Notes: a model not told the origin generated them from the sequence alone. A DNA stretch of 64,000 nt from an uncultured Acidimicrobiia bacterium (GCA_963826825.1 CAWGYV010000009.1:44712-108711), one strand, 5' to 3'. Positions 1-10,572 are shown, counted from the first letter of the stretch. Translations and numbers: made by a program.

Positions 1-531
1 GCCAGCGGTCAGGCACCTACCGCAGTCCTCCTCGGAGTTGCTCTTATCGCTGTGGTTGCCGCCTGTGCCTTGTGGTGGACGTACTTCGGGTGGGTGATGG
101 GGGCGCTCGAAGACTCCCTCGCCAGGCAACCGGCGCCAAGGCTGGGGCGTGCCGCCCGTGACGTCTACTCCTTCGGCCACTTCCCGGTAGTTGCCGGCAT
201 CATCGGGTTCGCGGTGGCAATCGAGGAGGCCGTGGCGCATCCCCTCGAGCCGCTCACGATCCCCGTAGCCATCGCCCTCGTCGCCGGCGTCGGACTTTTC
301 ATTGGCGGGGTTGCCCTCGCCCTGCTGCTCAGTCGATGCCCGGTGTCCCGGTGGCGACTGATCGCCCTCGGGTTGCTGGCCGTGATGCCGCCACTCCTCA
401 CCCAACTCTCGGCCTGGGGTTCGCTGGGTGTGGTCACCCTGCTGGTGGTGGCGCTCGCGCTCGTCGATCGACCTATCGTCGGGCTGGGTTCCGAGCCTGG
501 TTCCCCTGCCGATGGGAGCCAAACGGCCTGA
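1..531 (+). CDS. Low temperature requirement protein A (LtrA) family membrane protein, 5' part outside window
   Basis: Hydrophobic helices with LWWTYF and RDVYSFGHFPVVAGII motifs typical of the LtrA C-terminal half. Confidence 0.75.
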   Translation, partial: ASGQAPTAVLLGVALIAVVAACALWWTYFGWVMGALEDSLARQPAPRLGRAARDVYSFGHFPVVAGIIGFAVAIEEAVAHPLEPLTIPVAIALVAGVGLFIGGVALALLLSRCPVSRWRLIALGLLAVMPPLLTQLSAWGSLGVVTLLVVALALVDRPIVGLGSEPGSPADGSQTA

Positions 532-556
532 GCGCGGCGAGCTAGGCGCCGTTGGG

Positions 557-2107
557 CTACGGCCCGACCAGCGCTGGCTCGGTCAAGGTTCGTCGCAACA
601 GCTTGCCCGAAGGGGTGCGGGGCAAGCTCTCCACCGGGTGTACAGCAGCCAGCCGCTTGTACGGCGCCAATTGCGCCGCCACCCACTGGGCGATTGCCTC
701 GGGGTCGGCGACGTCATCGTCGCGGATGACCACGAATGCAACCGGCAGCTCACCATGGCGCTCGTCCGGTCGCGCGACCACCGCAGCGTCCTGGACTGAT
801 GGGTGGGTCAGCAGCACAGACTCCAACTCGGCGGGCGCGACCTGAAAGCCATCGACCTTGATCAGGTCCTTGAGACGGTCGACGATGACGACCTCGCCCG
901 TCAGGCCGATCCGGCCCAGGTCGCCGGTCCGGAGCCAGTCCTCTGGATCGATCATGTCCGCGGTTGCTTCGGGGCGGCCGAGATAGCCCGCCATCACTTG
1001 TGGGCCTCGAACCCATAGCTCGCCGTTGTGGCCCGGGCCCATGTCCTCACCGCTCTCGAGGTCGACGACACGAAGCTCGGTTTCGGGGAGGAGGCAGCCA
1101 ACGGATCCGGGAGTCGTTTCCTCACCTCGCCGGGGGACGCACACCGCCCCGCTGGTCTCGGTCAAACCCCATCCTTGTCCAATGGCGCACCACGGCAGGC
1201 GGTCGGCGAGAGCGCGGTGTGTATCCGCCGGGAACGCCGCACCCCCGACCGCCACCAGGTCGAGTGCGCCGAGGTCGCGTTCAATGACGGCGGGATGATG
1301 CGCCAGGAACGACCCGACCGGTGGCGGGACCGCCAAATAGGTCACCCGATGGCGCTCCAGCAGATCGAGGAACTGGATGGGATCGAATCGGGGCATGGTC
1401 ACCACCGTCGCACCGGCGGCAAGGGGGAGTATCAACTCTGCGGTGAAGCCGAGAATGTGAAAGAACGGCGCAAGGGCCAATGTCACGTCGTCGGGACCGA
1501 CCTCGAGCGCTCCCATGAGTTGCCGGCAGACGGCGACCAGGTTGCCGTGGGTCAGCATGACCCCTTTCGGCGTCCCGGCGGTGCCGCTCGAGTAGGGGAG
1601 GAACGCCAGGTCGCCGGGTCCGGCATCGGATGATGTGCTCGGGGCATCGGTGGCCAGCACTTCGGAGATCGGAATGGCGCCAGGGGCTTCACCCGTGGTG
1701 ACCACACGCGGGATGCCGAACGTACGGGCGACCGGCACCTTCTCAGGGATGGTCAGCACCACCGAAGGGCTCGAGTCCGCGAAGTGTGCCGCTGCCTCCC
1801 GGTCGGAGGCAGCCGGGTTGAGACTGGTGACGACCCCGCCTGCCTGAAGAGCGCCGAGGGTGAACAGCGCGAACTCGGGAACGTTGGGCATCCACAATCC
1901 AACCCGGTCGCCGTGGGCAAGTCCGCCGTCGACCAGCCATGCGGCGACCCGATCGGCCTTGGCAATCATGTCGCTGTAGGTCATGGCGGCGCCGGTCGAG
2001 CCATCGACCAGGGCCGTCCGATCGCCATGATTGTCGGCCGCAGCCTTGATGAGGCCGTAGAGGTTGCCCCCCGCCTCGATGGGCCGTTGGGCGCTTACCC
2101 AGATCAT
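557..2107 (-). CDS. AMP-dependent acyl-CoA ligase (4-coumarate-CoA ligase-like)
   Basis: YSSGTAGTPKG, GWGLTE, WLRTGD, DRLKDLIK and SGKLLRR motifs; ATG at 2107. Confidence 0.9.
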   Translation of the reverse strand: MIWVSAQRPIEAGGNLYGLIKAAADNHGDRTALVDGSTGAAMTYSDMIAKADRVAAWLVDGGLAHGDRVGLWMPNVPEFALFTLGALQAGGVVTSLNPAASDREAAAHFADSSPSVVLTIPEKVPVARTFGIPRVVTTGEAPGAIPISEVLATDAPSTSSDAGPGDLAFLPYSSGTAGTPKGVMLTHGNLVAVCRQLMGALEVGPDDVTLALAPFFHILGFTAELILPLAAGATVVTMPRFDPIQFLDLLERHRVTYLAVPPPVGSFLAHHPAVIERDLGALDLVAVGGAAFPADTHRALADRLPWCAIGQGWGLTETSGAVCVPRRGEETTPGSVGCLLPETELRVVDLESGEDMGPGHNGELWVRGPQVMAGYLGRPEATADMIDPEDWLRTGDLGRIGLTGEVVIVDRLKDLIKVDGFQVAPAELESVLLTHPSVQDAAVVARPDERHGELPVAFVVIRDDDVADPEAIAQWVAAQLAPYKRLAAVHPVESLPRTPSGKLLRRTLTEPALVGP

Positions 2108-2516
2108 GCTCAGACAGACACCCGAGGAGTGGTTCGGATACGTCCCGACCATTCTCGGTCTGGCTCGAGCGCTGGAGGCGGCCGCGGTGAGCGGAGCCGA
2201 TGGCGCCGAGGCATATCGGGATCGGATGGACGATTGGTGGAACGGCATCCGGATCGCCGTGGCTCGGCTCGACGATGTCGGTCTGCTCACCGAGGGTTGG
2301 GATGTCGACCGGGCGACAGATTGGGTCTGGACCGTGGTCCATCCGTCGGCCTACCAGCACTTGGTCGTCGAGCGAGGATGGGAGCCCTCCGTGGCGACGA
2401 GGCTCCTCATCGACACCCTCGAGCACGATCTGTTGGACTGCGGAAACCGACCGATGGCGGATCACCAGGCTGGTCTCGAAGACGGAATCCCGGCTCCGGG
2501 CCGTGCCGGGCGCTAG
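2106..2516 (+). pseudogene. TetR-family C-terminal domain lacking its HTH (truncated)
   Basis: Helical domain (EWFGYVPTI...GWDVDRATDWVW...LVVERGW) resembling TetR ligand-binding halves; in-frame stop upstream at 2058-2060, so no HTH is encoded. Confidence 0.5.
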
Positions 2517-2556
2517 CTTCCACCACGGCCCCGAGACCATATGAGGAGGAACGGCC

Positions 2557-3021
2557 GTGGAATCTCAGAGCTTCTTCAGCGGGCTCTTCGACTTCTCCTT
2601 CAGGGAGTACGTCACGCCGAAGATCATCCGCGTCATATTCGTGATCCTCATCGTGTTCGCCGCTCTTGGGGCGCTGGCGTTGCTGGTCACCTCGTCTCGA
2701 GGCGGTGGGTTTGGGATCGTGTTGGGGATCATCTTCGCCGTGGTGGGGTTCTTCCTGTACGTGATCCTCTTCCGGATCTACCTGGAAGTGGTATCGGCGT
2801 TGTTCAGGATCAACGACAACATTGCAACGCTGGTCCAGCTCAGCGGCGGCACGCCGACGGTGACTCCGACCGATGTGATTACACAGATCCCTCCGCCACC
2901 ACCGCCTTCCACGCCCCCCCCACCACCCCCCAGCGCTCCTTCCCCGGAAAGCGAGCTGCCGCCCAGCCCGTTGCCGCCACCCAGCGAGCGTCCATTCGAC
3001 GAGCCTCCGCCGGCGGTCTGA
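2557..3021 (+). CDS. DUF4282-like membrane protein with Pro-rich tail
   Basis: FFSGLFDFSFREYVTPKIIRV and RIYLE...LFRI signatures; two TM helices; poly-Pro C-terminus; AGGAGG RBS. Confidence 0.75.
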   Translation: MESQSFFSGLFDFSFREYVTPKIIRVIFVILIVFAALGALALLVTSSRGGGFGIVLGIIFAVVGFFLYVILFRIYLEVVSALFRINDNIATLVQLSGGTPTVTPTDVITQIPPPPPPSTPPPPPPSAPSPESELPPSPLPPPSERPFDEPPPAV

Positions 3022-3023
3022 TC

Positions 3024-5180
3024 TCAGCGGTCGAAGCGCCGCAATCGCAGCGAGTTGGTGACAACCGAGACGCTCGATAGCGCCATGGCAGCGGCGGCGA
3101 TCATCGGGTCGAGCAGCCCGGCGGCGGCAAGAGGTATCGCGGCGACGTTGTAGCCGAACGCCCAGAACAGGTTTTGCCGGATCACGGCGAAGGTTCGGCG
3201 CGCCAGTCGGATGGCGGTAGCCACCAGGGCGGGGTCGCCCGCCATCAGGACGACGTCGGCAGTTTCGATTGCGACGTCGGTCCCGGTGCCGATGGCGATC
3301 CCCACATCGGCCGCGGCCAGAGCGGGCGCGTCGTTGATCCCGTCGCCGACAAAGGCGATGGCCCTTTGGTCACCACGCAACCGGTTCAAGACCTCGGCCT
3401 TCTCCTCCGGGGTCACCTCCGCCTCGACCCGGCTGATCCCAAGGCGAGCCGCCACGGCTTCGGCCGTCCGTTGGTTGTCTCCGGTGATGAGAGCGGTGCC
3501 CAGACCCAGTTGGTTCAGCGCGGCGATGGCGCCGGCGGCACTTTCGCGGGGTGTGTCCGCCACGGCGATCATCCCCTTCGCCTCACCGTCCCAGCCCCCG
3601 AGGAAGGCAGTCGCTCCCTGGCTCTCGACCTCCGCCATCCGGTCGGTGAGGACATCGGGCACGAAGAATCCGCGATCTGCGAGCAGTTTGGGGGTACCCA
3701 CAACCACCTCGACCCCGTCCACGGTCCCGATGACCCCCCTGCCCCCGATGGCGTTGAACCGGTTCACTCCGGTCAGATCTGTGCCGGCTTCCTCGGCACC
3801 CAGGGCAACGGCGCGCCCGATGGGGTGCTCGCTGGCTGCCTCGACCGAGCCGACCATGCGGAGGAAAAGGCGGCGGTCACCAAGCGCCAAGACATCGGTG
3901 AGCGTCATGACGCCCGTGGTGAGCGTCCCCGTCTTGTCGAAGGCCACGTCGGTCACTCGAGCCGACTGTTCGATGGCTTCTCCCCTGCGAAACAGGATTC
4001 CCGATTCGGCGCCCCGGCCACTGCCGACCATCACCGCCGTTGGTGTCGCCAGACCGAGTGCGCAGGGGCAGGCGATGATGAGAACGGCAACTGCCGCCTG
4101 CAACGCCGTGGCGACGTCGGCCCCCGAAAGCAGCCAACCGGCAAAGGTGAAGGCGGCCACCAGCACCACCACGGGGACGAACACAGCAGAAACCCGGTCG
4201 GCCAGGTGCTGGACGGGTGCCTTTGAGTTTTGCGCTTCCTCCACGGCCCTGACGATCCCGGCCAGGGCCGTTCCGGCCCCGATCGCCGTTGCACGCACCA
4301 GAAGACGCCCGTTCTGGTTGATGGTGGCGCCGTAGACGGCATCGGCCGGGTACTTCTCGACCGGGAGCGACTCGCCGGTGAGCATGCTCTCATCGACCGC
4401 GGACTCCCCGTCGATTACTTCGCCATCCGTCGGGATCTTCCCTCCGGGCCGAACGACCATGAGATCGCCGACCTGGACCTGCTCGATGGGCACCACGGTC
4501 TCTACGCCGTTGGCGAGGACAACAGCCTCGCTGGCACCGAGTTCGAACAACCTGCTTATCGCAGCCGAGGCTCGTCCCCGCGCTTGGGCTTCCAGGGCGC
4601 GGCCGAGGAGAACGAGCGTCACGATGACCGCTGCCACCTCGAAGTAGATCTCTTCACCTGCGGTTACGGCCCAGACCGAATACCCGTATGCGGCGAGGGT
4701 CCCAACCGAGATCAAGGTATCCATCGACACGTCGCCCGAACGGAGCCTCAGAACCGTATTGCGGTGGAATTGCCAGCCGAGAACGAGGACGACCGGGGTC
4801 GCCAGAGCCCATTGGAGCAGCCGGCTCCATGTCGCATCAGGCCCGAACATGCCAAGCACCAACAAGGGAGCCGATATGGCGGCCGCCCACCAGAACGATC
4901 GCCACGTAGAGCCATGACCGGCGTGTTCGTCCGAGGAGTGGGCTGGGTCGTCATCCGTCACGACATGGAGGTCGTAACCGATTCGCTGCACCGCCTGGCG
5001 AAGGTCCTCGGGCTCGACAGGGTCGGACAGGCTCACCACCGCGGTTCCGGTGGCGAAATTGACCGCGGCTTTGTCCACATCGGGTTGGCGGGAGAGCACG
5101 CGCTCGACGCGCATTGCGCAGGAAGCGCAGGTCATCCCCTCTACTTCGAAGGTGAGGTCGGGGCGTTCGGTCTCGTTCAA
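3024..5180 (-). CDS. copA: Cu(I)-translocating P1B-type ATPase
   Basis: GMTCASC, TGES, CPC, DKTGT, SEHP, GDGIND, YN and MALSS motifs. Confidence 0.95.
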   Translation of the reverse strand: MNETERPDLTFEVEGMTCASCAMRVERVLSRQPDVDKAAVNFATGTAVVSLSDPVEPEDLRQAVQRIGYDLHVVTDDDPAHSSDEHAGHGSTWRSFWWAAAISAPLLVLGMFGPDATWSRLLQWALATPVVLVLGWQFHRNTVLRLRSGDVSMDTLISVGTLAAYGYSVWAVTAGEEIYFEVAAVIVTLVLLGRALEAQARGRASAAISRLFELGASEAVVLANGVETVVPIEQVQVGDLMVVRPGGKIPTDGEVIDGESAVDESMLTGESLPVEKYPADAVYGATINQNGRLLVRATAIGAGTALAGIVRAVEEAQNSKAPVQHLADRVSAVFVPVVVLVAAFTFAGWLLSGADVATALQAAVAVLIIACPCALGLATPTAVMVGSGRGAESGILFRRGEAIEQSARVTDVAFDKTGTLTTGVMTLTDVLALGDRRLFLRMVGSVEAASEHPIGRAVALGAEEAGTDLTGVNRFNAIGGRGVIGTVDGVEVVVGTPKLLADRGFFVPDVLTDRMAEVESQGATAFLGGWDGEAKGMIAVADTPRESAAGAIAALNQLGLGTALITGDNQRTAEAVAARLGISRVEAEVTPEEKAEVLNRLRGDQRAIAFVGDGINDAPALAAADVGIAIGTGTDVAIETADVVLMAGDPALVATAIRLARRTFAVIRQNLFWAFGYNVAAIPLAAAGLLDPMIAAAAMALSSVSVVTNSLRLRRFDR

Positions 5181-5386
5181 CCGGCCACCTCGTAACCCTG
5201 GCCCTCGATGGCGGTGGCTATCTGGTCTGGCGATATGGACGCGTCGTCAAAGTCGACGGCCACCACCTTCGATTCGATCCCGACCTCGACCGATTCGACT
5301 CCGGCGAGCGCGCTGACGGCCTCCTCGATGGAGTGCTTGCAGTGGTCGCAAGAGATGTCAGGTACCGAGAAGTTGATCTGGGTCAT
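5177..5386 (-). CDS. copZ: Copper chaperone (HMA domain)
   Basis: 69 aa, [16 protein letters not shown]; ATGA overlap with csoR stop. Confidence 0.9.
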   Translation of the reverse strand: MTQINFSVPDISCDHCKHSIEEAVSALAGVESVEVGIESKVVAVDFDDASISPDQIATAIEGQGYEVAG

Positions 5387-5682
5387 CGGGTCACCTCGGA
5401 TTCGATCGGGCCGGTGACAGCCGCTGTGTACTTCATGGTCTCGAGGAGCTCGTCGACGATCTCCGCGGTGCGCCCCTCGGCGACAGCTTCGCTGACGCAC
5501 GTCTCCAGGTGGTTCTGGAGTAGCACCCGGTTCACCCGCTCGAGCGAGGCTTGCAGCGCCGATACCTGCTTCATGATTTCGGGGCAGTACCGCTCGTCCT
5601 CGACCATGGCTATGACCCCATCGAGATGGCCGCGAACGGTCTTCAACCGGTTGAGCGATGTCTGCTTGTGGTGTTGCTTCAT
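5383..5682 (-). CDS. csoR: Copper-sensing repressor CsoR
   Basis: RLKTVRGH, YC, HLETC (Cys-His-Cys ligands); heads the copZ-copA operon. Confidence 0.92.
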   Translation of the reverse strand: MKQHHKQTSLNRLKTVRGHLDGVIAMVEDERYCPEIMKQVSALQASLERVNRVLLQNHLETCVSEAVAEGRTAEIVDELLETMKYTAAVTGPIESEVTR

Positions 5683-5688
5683 GGGGAT

Positions 5689-5722
5689 AGTGTACCACAG
5701 CCCACCCCACCGGGGGTGGGGT
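5689..5722 (-). promoter_or_regulatory. CsoR operator overlapping a probable leaderless promoter
   Basis: CCCACCCC-N4-GGGGTGGG palindrome (5701-5720), like the mycobacterial cso operator; -10 TACACT at 5689-5694, 6 nt from the ATG. Confidence 0.8.
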
Positions 5723-5730
5723 CAGGGTAC

Positions 5731-5784
5731 TCCCGCTTTGGCGTCGCTCAAAGGGGATATGCCGCGTTTGGTGACGCCAAAACC
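5731..5784. repeat. ~54 bp dispersed palindromic (REP-like) element, copy 1
   Basis: TTTGGCGTC...GACGCCAAA hairpin; near-identical inverted copy at 50925-50978. Confidence 0.8.
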
Positions 5785-5798
5785 ATCTTGACAAATGT

Positions 5799-5863
5799 GA
5801 CGAGGCCCCGGGGAGGGGGTCCGGGGCCTCGTCGGACGCCGGGGAGGGAAGGGAATCCCGGCG
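5799..5863 (-). ncRNA. 6C-like RNA: tandem hairpins with C-rich loops
   Basis: On the minus strand, CGCCGGG[ATTCCCTTCCCTC]CCCGGCG followed by GACGAGGCCCCGG[ACCCCCTCC]CCGGGGCCTCGTC. Confidence 0.5.
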
Positions 5864-5872
5864 CGATCTGTG

Positions 5873-6070
5873 TCAGGCGCTCCCAGGGAGGATGCGGCCT
5901 CTCACCCGGGGGAACCTCACTGGGGCATGGACATGGCAGTGCTCGCGGCGGTTGTACATCGAGAGCTTGGTCTCACAGCCGCTCACGGCGCAGACCCGTC
6001 CCTTGGCATAGGTGCGGGAGGGCCGCCTCCCGCTGTGGATCTTCTCGCCTTTGTATGTGTCGGTGCTCAT
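5873..6070 (-). CDS. Small basic Cys/His protein (possible zinc finger)
   Basis: 65 aa with C-x4-C...C-x2-H; GGAGG RBS upstream of ATG 6070. Confidence 0.65.
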   Translation of the reverse strand: MSTDTYKGEKIHSGRRPSRTYAKGRVCAVSGCETKLSMYNRREHCHVHAPVRFPRVRGRILPGSA

Positions 6071-6253
6071 TGCGGGCCTCCTGACCCGGGCATCCATTCA
6101 ACGTCTGACGGGTATCGCCCATTCCGCTGGGTTGCCCGTACCCCTTGTTCGGAGCCGGAGGCCCTGGCGGATTAGTCGCCGTCAACCGTTTGTACGCACT
6201 TTCGGGTCCGATGGTTCCCGCCGATCACCGGCAGATTGGAAGCCCCTGCGGGA

Positions 6254-8200
6254 TCAGATGCCGAGCTTCTTGAGGAAGGCTCGGTTATCGGGTTCGCGTC
6301 CCAGGAAGTCGCGCAACATGTCGGCCCCGTCGCGGCTGCCGCCAGGTTCGAGGATGGCGCGGCGATAGGCCCTTCCGACCTGATCCGACGTTACACCCTC
6401 TTCATCGAAGCGGCTGAACATGTCGTCGCCGTAGACCTCCGACCACAAGTATCCGTAGTAGCCGGCGTCATACCCCGCCATCATGTGCCCGAAGCTGGCC
6501 GGGAAGAACGTGCCCTCGTGGAAGGGGATCAGCGTCACCGCGCTTGCCCGCCGCATGATGGCGTCGAGATCAAGTTCGTCCCACGGACCGTGCAGTCCGA
6601 GGTCGAGGACGCCGAGCGAGATCTGACGAAGCGTCATCAGCCCCACATCGAGGTTGCGCGCCGCGACGAGGCGACCCACCAGGTCGGCGGGAATGGGTTC
6701 GCCGGTCTCGTGGTGACGGGCAAACCGCTGTAGGACCTCAGGCTTCCAGCACCAATGCTCCATGATCTGGGATGGCGCCTCGACGAAGTCCCCCTCGGTG
6801 TTGCTCCCCGAGAACCGCACCATTTCGGCCCGGGTCAGCGTCTGGTGGAGGATGTGCCCGAATTCGTGGAACAGCGTGACCACCTCGTCGTGCTGTAACA
6901 ACGAGGGTCGCTCGGGGGTCGGCTTTGTCAGGTTGGCGACGATCGTCGAGACAGGATGCCGGTAGCTGCCGCCTGGCTCCAATCTCCCGCCGATCAGGGT
7001 GAAGGCTGCGGCGTGGCCGTAGGTGCCCTCGCGGGGGAACAGGTCCATGAAGACAGTGGCGATCTCATCGCCGGTTGCCCGGTCGACGATGGCCCGCGCC
7101 GTGACATCGGGGTGCCACACCGGCTGGTCGTCGAGGTCGCGGAACTCGACACCGAACACTTCCCCGGTCACCTCGAGCATTCCATCGAGCACCTGCTGGA
7201 GTGGGAAATAGGCGGCCACCTCGATCGGGTCGACTCCGAAGTCCCGACGCCGGATCTGCGTGTCGTAAAAGCGCCAGTCCCACGGCTGGACCGTCGTTTC
7301 CCCGGTTTCCTGCTCGAGGAGTTTGGCCATGACCTCCAACTCGAGACGCCCCTTCTCGGTCAACGGAGGGATGAGCTTGTCGTAGAAGTCCGAGACCTGT
7401 TCGGGCTCCTTCGCCATTTGCTCTTCCATCGCGTAATGGGCCCACGAGGGAAGCCCGAACAGCTCTGCGGTGCGGCGGCGCAGCCCGACCGCCTCTTCCA
7501 GCACTGGGGTGTTGGCCTTGACGGCGCGGGTGTTGAACTTGAAGGCAAGCTCCTGGCGGAGGTCACGCCGCCGTGCGTTCTCCAGGAATGGGATCACCTC
7601 GGGATAGGCCATCGTGACCTTGTATGTCCCTTCGAGTTCACCGGGCTGAAGACGGGCGATGTAGGCATCGGGAAGTCCATCGAGGCCCTCGGCCGGCACG
7701 GTCAGATGGTCCTCCCAATCGGCGATGTTTCTGTCGAAGGCGACGGATAGCTCCACGAGGCGGGCGGCGATCCGTTTCGCCTCCTCTCTGGCCTGCGGAT
7801 CGAGCTCGTGACCGGCTCTGCGCAGATCGCGCAACGTGAAGTCGAGCAATCTCGCCGGCTCGCCGGTGAGTGCCTGGGCTTCGTCGGTCTCGGCGTACTC
7901 CTTGACCGCCCGATACAGATCGTCACGGAAGACCAGGTCCACCGCCCATTTCTGGAGACGTTCCTCTGCCCGGCGGCCGGACTCCCGCACCGCCGGATCC
8001 GGGTGGACAAACGCCATGAATCCCCCCCGCCCAAACGAGTCGCCGATGATGGCGCCGATCTCGTCGAGCGGTAGCAGGGTTGCCGCGGTCGTTCTGGGGG
8101 TCGTGGCGACGAGGGCGCTGACGATGGCGTCGGCCCGCTGGATAGCCTGCTCGGTGATGGTCTCGATCTCTTCGGGGGTGTTGGCGAAGGTGAAGCTCAT
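6254..8200 (-). CDS. M3 family metallopeptidase (thimet oligopeptidase-like)
   Basis: FHEFGH, DFVEAPSQIME, GYYGYLWSE, FLGREP motifs. Confidence 0.93.
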   Translation of the reverse strand: MSFTFANTPEEIETITEQAIQRADAIVSALVATTPRTTAATLLPLDEIGAIIGDSFGRGGFMAFVHPDPAVRESGRRAEERLQKWAVDLVFRDDLYRAVKEYAETDEAQALTGEPARLLDFTLRDLRRAGHELDPQAREEAKRIAARLVELSVAFDRNIADWEDHLTVPAEGLDGLPDAYIARLQPGELEGTYKVTMAYPEVIPFLENARRRDLRQELAFKFNTRAVKANTPVLEEAVGLRRRTAELFGLPSWAHYAMEEQMAKEPEQVSDFYDKLIPPLTEKGRLELEVMAKLLEQETGETTVQPWDWRFYDTQIRRRDFGVDPIEVAAYFPLQQVLDGMLEVTGEVFGVEFRDLDDQPVWHPDVTARAIVDRATGDEIATVFMDLFPREGTYGHAAAFTLIGGRLEPGGSYRHPVSTIVANLTKPTPERPSLLQHDEVVTLFHEFGHILHQTLTRAEMVRFSGSNTEGDFVEAPSQIMEHWCWKPEVLQRFARHHETGEPIPADLVGRLVAARNLDVGLMTLRQISLGVLDLGLHGPWDELDLDAIMRRASAVTLIPFHEGTFFPASFGHMMAGYDAGYYGYLWSEVYGDDMFSRFDEEGVTSDQVGRAYRRAILEPGGSRDGADMLRDFLGREPDNRAFLKKLGI

Positions 8201-8244
8201 GATGCTGACCATAGGTCACCCCGAACTGGCGTCTGGATAGTTTC

Positions 8245-9015
8245 TTGGACACGGGCCTGTCCGGTAAGGGAGTGCTCGTCACCGGCGCCGCCGGCGGAAT
8301 CGGCACCGCGGTTGTGCGTGCCTTCGCCGCCGAGGGTGCTCGGGTGGCTGTGCACTTCCACACCTCGCGATCCGGGGCGCAGGAGCTAGCCGGTGAGGTC
8401 GGTGGAGTGGCGCTCAGGGCCGATCTTCGTCGCCCCCCCGAGGCCGACTTGTTGGTCGCCGAGGCGGTGGCAGCGCTCGGCGGGCTCCATGTGTGCGTGG
8501 CCAACGCCGGTGTTTGGCCGTCCCAGGACGAGACCATCTGGGAGATCTCGCCGCAACGGTGGGAGGCCACGATCGCCGCCAACCTGTCGGTCACATTCAA
8601 TACGGTGGCGGCCTTCCTCCGCCACGCAGCGAACACCGGCAGGGGAAATGTCGTGCTGGTGGGATCGACCGCCGGAGTTTTCGGAGAGGCGGGTCACTCC
8701 GACTATGCGGCAGCCAAAGGAGCGATCCTGACCGGGCTCCTCCTCTCGGTGAAGAACGAGGTGGCGCGGCTTGGCAACGGGGTGCGGGTAAACGCGGTGG
8801 CACCAGGGTGGACGGTGACGCCGATGATCGCCGACGCCCGGTCGGACCCGAGCCTGGTGGAGAGGGTTACCGCCACCATGTCCCTGAAGAAGCTGGGAGA
8901 GCCCGAAGACGTCGCCTCCGCAATTGTCTGGCTGGCCAGTGATCGGCTGGCGGGCCACGTCTCGGGTCAGGTGATCACTGTGGCGGGTGGGATGGAAGGC
9001 CGGATCATCCCATGA
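8245..9015 (+). CDS. SDR family oxidoreductase
   Basis: TGAAGGIG, NAG, YAAAK, VNAVAPG motifs. Confidence 0.9.
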   Translation: MDTGLSGKGVLVTGAAGGIGTAVVRAFAAEGARVAVHFHTSRSGAQELAGEVGGVALRADLRRPPEADLLVAEAVAALGGLHVCVANAGVWPSQDETIWEISPQRWEATIAANLSVTFNTVAAFLRHAANTGRGNVVLVGSTAGVFGEAGHSDYAAAKGAILTGLLLSVKNEVARLGNGVRVNAVAPGWTVTPMIADARSDPSLVERVTATMSLKKLGEPEDVASAIVWLASDRLAGHVSGQVITVAGGMEGRIIP

Positions 9016-10572
9016 CCCCGTGGTCGGAACTCCGCCAGGCTTCCTCGCCATCGAGGTAGGTCGCCAGGACCTCGATCTGCTCCACGGCATGGGCTTCGGT
9101 CTCAACCGGGTCGGCCGCCAGGACGACGAGGTCGGCTGGGCTTCCCGGCTGTAGGGGGGCCGGCAGCCCCGAGGCCCGTGCGGCACCATCGGTGAAGAGC
9201 GCCAGGGCCGCTTCGGCTCCCAGGCCCTCTTCCGGGATGATCCCCGCCCGGTGACGTGCCGCCGCCATCCCGCGTAGCGGCTCGGGCGACTCAACAGGGC
9301 TGTCCGACCCACCAGCCAGCGGGACCCCGGCGGCGGCGAGCGAGGCGAACGCATAGGTCCAGCGCAGCCGGTCCCGGCCGAGACGGCGCTCCAGCCAACC
9401 GGTCTCGGAGGGAAGGAAACCCGGCTGTACCGATGCAGTCACCCCCAGTGCGGCGAACCGCTCTATGTCCTCGGGGAGGGTGACCGAAGCGTGCTCCATT
9501 CGCAGTCGCGATGGGTGGGTTCCGGTGTCGATCAACTCCCCGAACAGGTCGAGCACCCGGGCCACCGCCCGGTCGCCGATGGCGTGGATGGCGACGTTTC
9601 CCCCATGTCGATGGCGCGTCGAGCTAGCGACGCGGTGTGAGCATCGAGCCGTAGGGTTCCGGTCTCGCCAGGTTTGTCGGCGAATGGTGTGCGCATGGCG
9701 GCGGTGTGTGCGCCGAAACTGCCGTCGGCGAAGTCCTTCATCCCGAGGAACCGAAGGCGGGCGCCTGCTCGATCGATCGCGGCAGCGGCGCGCTCCAAAT
9801 CCTCGGGGCTGTCGGCGGAGACGAGCACCGAGAGGCGGACCGGGAGGTCGGGCGCCATCTCGACCAGAGTCGCAACCTCGTCACCTGCACCGCACCAGAG
9901 CGCCGTCCCTGCCGAGACGATGGCGCCTATGCCGGTGAGCCCCAGCGCCGGCAACCGCCGGAGCGCCTCCAGCACCTGCTCCGCCGTGATCACCGGTACC
10001 AGGTCGCCGACGGCTTGGGTGACGACCGCAACCGCCGTCTCGCGCAAGATGCCGGTGGGCATCCCGGCAGCGTCACGGTCGAAGGAGCCACCAACCGGAT
10101 CGACGGTGGCGGGCGAGATGCCGGCAGCTTCCAGTGCCGCCGTAGAGGCGACGGCGAGATGACCGCACACCCTGTTGAGCAGCACCGGACGGCCCGGAGC
10201 CATCTTGTCGAGGTCGTGCCGGGTGGGCAGCCGCCGCTCGGCCAGAGTCTCGTCGTTGAGCCCACGTCCCAGGACGGGGGAACCAGGAGGTAGATCGGCC
10301 GCCGCCGCCCTGATTCGCTCCGCCAACTCATCGAAGTCGGTGGTCGCTCCCAACTTCAAGCCGGTTTCCTCCAGGGCGAACCCAAAGGGATGGAAATGGG
10401 CGTCGACCAGACCTGGAATGATCACCCCGACATGTCGCACCTCCTCGGTGCGGCCATCGCGCAACGTGCTCGCATCGCCGACTGCGGCCACCTTCCCGTT
10501 CTCGATGAGGACCGCGTCGCCGACCAACCCGCCCGCGGTGCGGACCCGGTCGGCGACCACGAGGCGCCTCAT
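9005..10572 (-). CDS. Amidohydrolase_3 (YtcJ-like) metallohydrolase, frameshift at ~9600
   Basis: PGLVDAHFH and FADGS in one frame; IHAIGD, RMEHAS and GSDSP in another; one G missing in a G run. Confidence 0.85.

Noticed and set aside
5788-5793. Perfect TTGACA on the plus strand
   Set aside because: No -10 element at a suitable spacing and no downstream plus-strand gene.
9590-9610. Programmed frameshifting or phase variation in G runs
   Set aside because: The runs are short and scattered over housekeeping genes; sequencing error is the simpler explanation.
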